From assembly GCA_964016885.1 (NCBI GenBank), contig OZ024760.1, positions 3,472,001-3,536,000 on the forward strand: 64,000 bases of DNA, in the 5' to 3' direction. Below the pieces are notes generated by a model. The model worked only from the letters and a program-made list of their open reading frames with translations. It did no database searches and had not been told where the DNA came from. Positions 58,701-64,000 of this stretch are shown here, in pieces; position 1 is the stretch's first letter, and every line of letters begins with the position of its first letter. The stretch is from Eledone cirrhosa (taxonomy: Eukaryota). Made by a program: the position numbers and the translations under genes.

Positions 58701-61700
58701 CCACAGACACTACCACCAGCACCACCACAGACACTACCATCAGCTCCACCACAGACACTACAATCAGCACCACCACAGACACTGCCATCAGCTCCACCAC
58801 AGACACTACCATCAGCACCACCACAGACGCTACCATCAGCACCACCACAGACACTACCATCACCACCACCACAGACACTACCATCACCACCACCACAGAC
58901 ACTACCATCAGCACCACCACAGACGCTACCATCAGCACCACCACAGACACTACCATCAGCACCACCACAGACACTACCATCACCACCACCATAGACACAA
59001 CCATCAGCTCCACCACAGACACTACAATCAGCTCCACCACAGACACTACCATCAGCTCCAACACGGACACAACCATCACCACCACCACACACACAACCAT
59101 CAGCACCACCACAGACACTACCATCAGCACCACCACAGACACTACCATCAGCACCACCACAGACACTACCATCAGCACCACCACAGACACTACCATCAGC
59201 ACCACCACAGACACTACCATCACCACCACCACAGACACTACCATCTGCACAACCACAGACACTACCATCAGCTCCACCACAGACACTATCAGCAGCACCA
59301 ATACGGACACTACCATCAGCTCCACCACAGACACTACCATCAGCACCACCACAGACACTACCATCAGCACCACCACAGACACTACCATCACCACCACCAC
59401 ACACACTACCATCTGCACAACCACAGACACTACCATCACCACCACCACACACACAACCATCAGCACCACCACAGACACTACCATCAGCACCACCACAGAC
59501 ACTACCATCAGCACCACCACAGACACTACCATCAGCTCCACCACAGACACTACCATCAGCACCACCACAGACACAACCATCAGCTCCACCACAGACACTA
59601 CCATCAGCACCACCACAGACACTACCATCAGCTCCACCACAGACACTACCATCAGCACCACCACAGACACAACCATCAGCTCCACCACAGACACTACCAT
59701 CAGCTCCACCACAGACACTACCATCAGCACCACCACAGACACTACCATCAGCACCACCACAGACACTACCATCAGCTCCACCACAGACACTACCATCAGC
59801 ACCACCACAGACACTACATTCAGCACCACCACAGACACTACCATCAGCTCCACCACAGACACTACATTCAGCTCCACCACGGACACTACCATCAGCTCCA
59901 CCACAGACACTACCATCAGCACCACCACAGACACTACATTCAGCACAACCACAGACACTACCATCAGCTCCACCACAGACACTATCAGCAGCACCAATAC
60001 GGACACTACCATCAGCTCCACCACAGACACTACAATCAGCACCACCACAGACACTACCATCAGCTCCACCACAGACACTACCATCAGCTCCACCACAGAC
60101 ACTACCATCAGCACCACCACAGACACTACCATCAGCTCCACCACAGACACTACCATCAGCTCCACCACAGACACTACCATCAGCTCCACTACAGACACTA
60201 CATTCAGCACCACCACAGACACTACCATCAGCTCCACTACAGACACTACCATCAGCTCCACCACAGACACTACCATCAGCACCACCACGGACAATACCAT
60301 CAGCTCCACCACGGACAATACCATCAGCTCCACCACAGACACTACCATCAGCACCACCATCTCCACTACCATCAGCACCACCACAGACACTACAATCAGC
60401 ACCACCATAGACACAACCATCAGCTCCACCACAGACACTACCATCAGCACCACCACGGACACTACCACCATCTCCACCACAGACACTACCATCAGCACCA
60501 CCACGGACACTACCAGCAGCTCCACCACGGACACTACCATCAGCTCCACCACGGACACTACCACCATCTCCACCACATACACTACAATCAGCTCCACCAC
60601 AGACACTACCATCAGCTCCAACACGGACACAACCATCACCACCACCACACACACAACCATCAGCACCACCACAGACACTACCATCAGCACCACCACAGAC
60701 ACTACCATCAGCACCACCACAGACACTACCATCAGCACCACCACAGACACTACCATCAGCACCACCACAGACACTACCATCACCACCACCACAGACACTA
60801 CCATCTGCACAACCACAGACACTACCATCAGCTCCACCACAGACACTATCAGCAGCACCAATACGGACACTACCATCAGCTCCACCACAGACACTACCAT
60901 CAGCACCACCACAGACACTACCATCACCACCACCACACACACTACCATCTGCACAACCACAGACACTACCATCACCACCACCACACACACAACCATCAGC
61001 ACCACCACAGACACTACCATCAGCACCACCACAGACACTACCATCAGCACCACCACAGACACTACCATCAGCTCCACCACAGACACTACCATCAACTCCA
61101 CCACAGACACTACCATCAGCACCACCACAGACACTACCATCAGCTCCACCACAGACACTACCATCAGCACCACCACAGACACAACCATCAGCTCCACCAC
61201 AGACACTACCATCAGCACCACCACAGACGCTACCATCAGCTCCACCACAGACACTACCATCAGCACCACCACAGACACAACCATCAGCTCCACCACAGAC
61301 ACTACCATCAGCTCCACCACAGACACTACCATCAGCTCCACCACAGACACTACCATCAGCACCACCACAGACACTACCATCAGCACCACCACAGACACTA
61401 CCATCAGCTCCACCACAGACACTACCATCAGCACCACCACAGACACTACATTCAGCACCACCACAGACACTACCATCAGCTCCACCACAGACACTACATT
61501 CAGCTCCACCACGGACACTACCATCAGCTCCACCACAGACACTACCATCAGCACCACCACAGACACTACATTCAGCACCACCACAGACACTACCATCAGC
61601 TCCACCACAGACACTACATTCAGCTCCACCACGGACACAACCATCAGCTCCACCACAGACACTACCATCAGCACCACCACAGACACTACCATCAGCACCA

Positions 61701-64000
61701 CCACAGACACTACCATCAGCTCCACCACAGACACTACAATCAGCACCACCACAGACACTACCATCAGCTCCACCACAGACACTACCATCAGCTCCACCAC
61801 AGACACTACCATCAGCACCACCACAGACACTACCATCAGCTCCACCACAGACACTACCATCAGCTCCACCACAGACACTACCATCAGCTCCACTACAGAC
61901 ACTACATTCAGCACCACCACAGACACTACCATCAGCTCCACTACAGACACTACCATCAGCTCCACCACAGACACTACCATCAGCACCACCACGGACAATA
62001 CCATCAGCTCCACCACGGACAATACCATCAGCTCCACCACAGACACTACCATCAGCACCACCATCTCCACTACCATCAGCACCACCACAGACACTACAAT
62101 CAGCACCACCATAGACACAACCATCAGCTCCACCACAGACACTACCATCAGCACCACCACGGACACTACCACCATCTCCACCACAGACACTACCATCAGC
62201 ACCACCACGGACACTACCAGCAGCTCCACCACGGACACTACCATCAGCTCCACCACGGACACTACCACCATCTCCACCACATACACTACAATCAGCTCCA
62301 CCACAGACACTACCATCAGCTCCACCGCAGACACTACCATCAGCTCCACCACAGACACTACCATCAGCTCCACCACAGACACTACCATCAGCTCCACCAC
62401 AGACACTACCATCAGCACCACCACGGACACTACCACCATCTCCACCACATACACTACAATCAGCTCCACCACAGACACTACCATCAGCTCCACCACAGAC
62501 ACTACCATCAGCTCCACCACAGACACTACCATCAGCTCCACCACAGACACTACCATCAGCTCCACCACAGACACTACCATCAGCTCCACCACAGACACTA
62601 CCATCATCTCCACCACAGACACTACCATCATCTCCACCACGGACACTACCATCAGCTCCACCACGGACACTACCATCAGCTCCACCACGGACACTACCAT
62701 CAGCACCACCACAGACACTACCATCAGCTCCACCACAGACACTACCATCAGCTCCACCACAGACACTACCATCAGCACCACCACAGACACTACCATCAGC
62801 TCCACCACAGACACTACCATCAGCTCCACCACAGACACTACCATCAGCTCCACCACAGACACTACCATCAGCACCACCACAGACATTACCATCAGCACCA
62901 CCACAGACACTACCATCAGCACCACCACAGACACTACCATCAGCACCACCACAGACACTACCATCAGCACCACCACAGACACTACCATCAGCACCACCAC
63001 AGACACTACCATCAGCACCACCACAGTCACTACCACCAGCTCCACCACAGATACTACCATCAGCTCCACCACAGACACTACCATCAGCTCCACCACAAAC
63101 ACTACCATCTGCTCCACCACGGACACTACCATCAGCATCACCACAGACACTAGCATCAGCTCCACCACAGACACTACCACCATCTCCACCACGGACACTA
63201 CCATCAGCACCACCACGGACACTACCATCAGCACCACCACGGACACTACCATCAGCACCACCATCTCCACTACCATCAGCACCACCATAGACACAACCAT
63301 CACATCCACCACAGACACTACTATCAGCTCCACCACAGACACTACCACCATCTCCACCACAGACAATACCATCAGCACCACCACAGACACTACCATCAGC
63401 TCCACCACTGACACTACCATCAGCACCACCACAGACACTACCATCAGCACCACCACAGACACTACCATCACCACTACCATCAGCTCCACCACAGACAATA
63501 CCATCAGCACCACCACAGACACTACCATCAGCACCACCACGGACACTACCATCAGCTCCACCACAGACACTACCATCAGCACCACCACAGACGCTACCAT
63601 CAGCACCACCACAGACACTACCATCAGCACCACCACGGACACTACCATCAGCTCCACCACAGACACTACCATCAGCTCCACCACAGACACTACCATCAGC
63701 TCCACCACAGACACTACCATCAGCTCCACCACACACACTACCATCAGCACCACCACGGACACTACCATCAGCTCCACCACAGACACTACCATCAGCTCCA
63801 CCACAGACACTACCATCAGCACCACCACAGACACTACCTTCAGCTCCACCACAGACACTACCATTAGCTCCACCACAGACACTACCATCAGCACCACCAC
63901 AGACACTACCATCAGCTCAACCACAGACACTACCATCAGCACCACCACAGACACTACCTTCAGCACCACCACAGACACTACCATCAGCACCACCACAGAC
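31720..64000. repeat. 24-bp satellite array, about 1340 copies, continuing beyond the window
   Basis: Consensus ACAGACACTACCATCAGC(T/A)CCACC; higher-order repeats of about 1, 2.1 and 3.1 kb. Confidence 0.99.

Noticed and set aside
31505-63996. Giant ORFs (His-rich, GGADGSVC, VVSVVELM, Thr-rich) as genes
   Set aside because: They are alternative frames of one 24-bp unit that lacks stops; there are no unique domains or signal peptide, and frameshifting monomers recur.
31720-64000. Telomeric repeat
   Set aside because: No TTAGGG-type unit; it is a heterogeneous 24-bp satellite.

Overview
Eukaryotic, very repeat-rich genomic DNA; the SINEs, huge degenerate (TA)n tracts and MITEs suggest a cephalopod, probably Octopus (inference). 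No credible host protein-coding gene is visible, and nearly all listed ORFs are artefacts of stop-free simple repeats. Bases 1-29.7 kb are (TA/TG/CA)n microsatellite with islands of tRNA-derived SINEs (about 11 copies), Tc1/mariner- and piggyBac-type MITEs, an RTE LINE 3' fragment and a possible decayed Penelope-like element (PLE). Bases 29.9-31.4 kb are a 45-bp minisatellite, and 31.7 kb to the end is a >32-kb 24-bp satellite with higher-order repeats. The main hidden signal is about 17 type-I hammerhead ribozyme (HHR) motifs from at least 8 apparently distinct short elements, several with intact cores (1879, 5802, 8483, 14171, 15247). Most have minimal palindromic helix III and sit in elements ending on microsatellites, some with fold-back inversions centred on the ribozyme, and one family forms a tandem retrozyme-like array. 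All folds were read by eye and none is tested.
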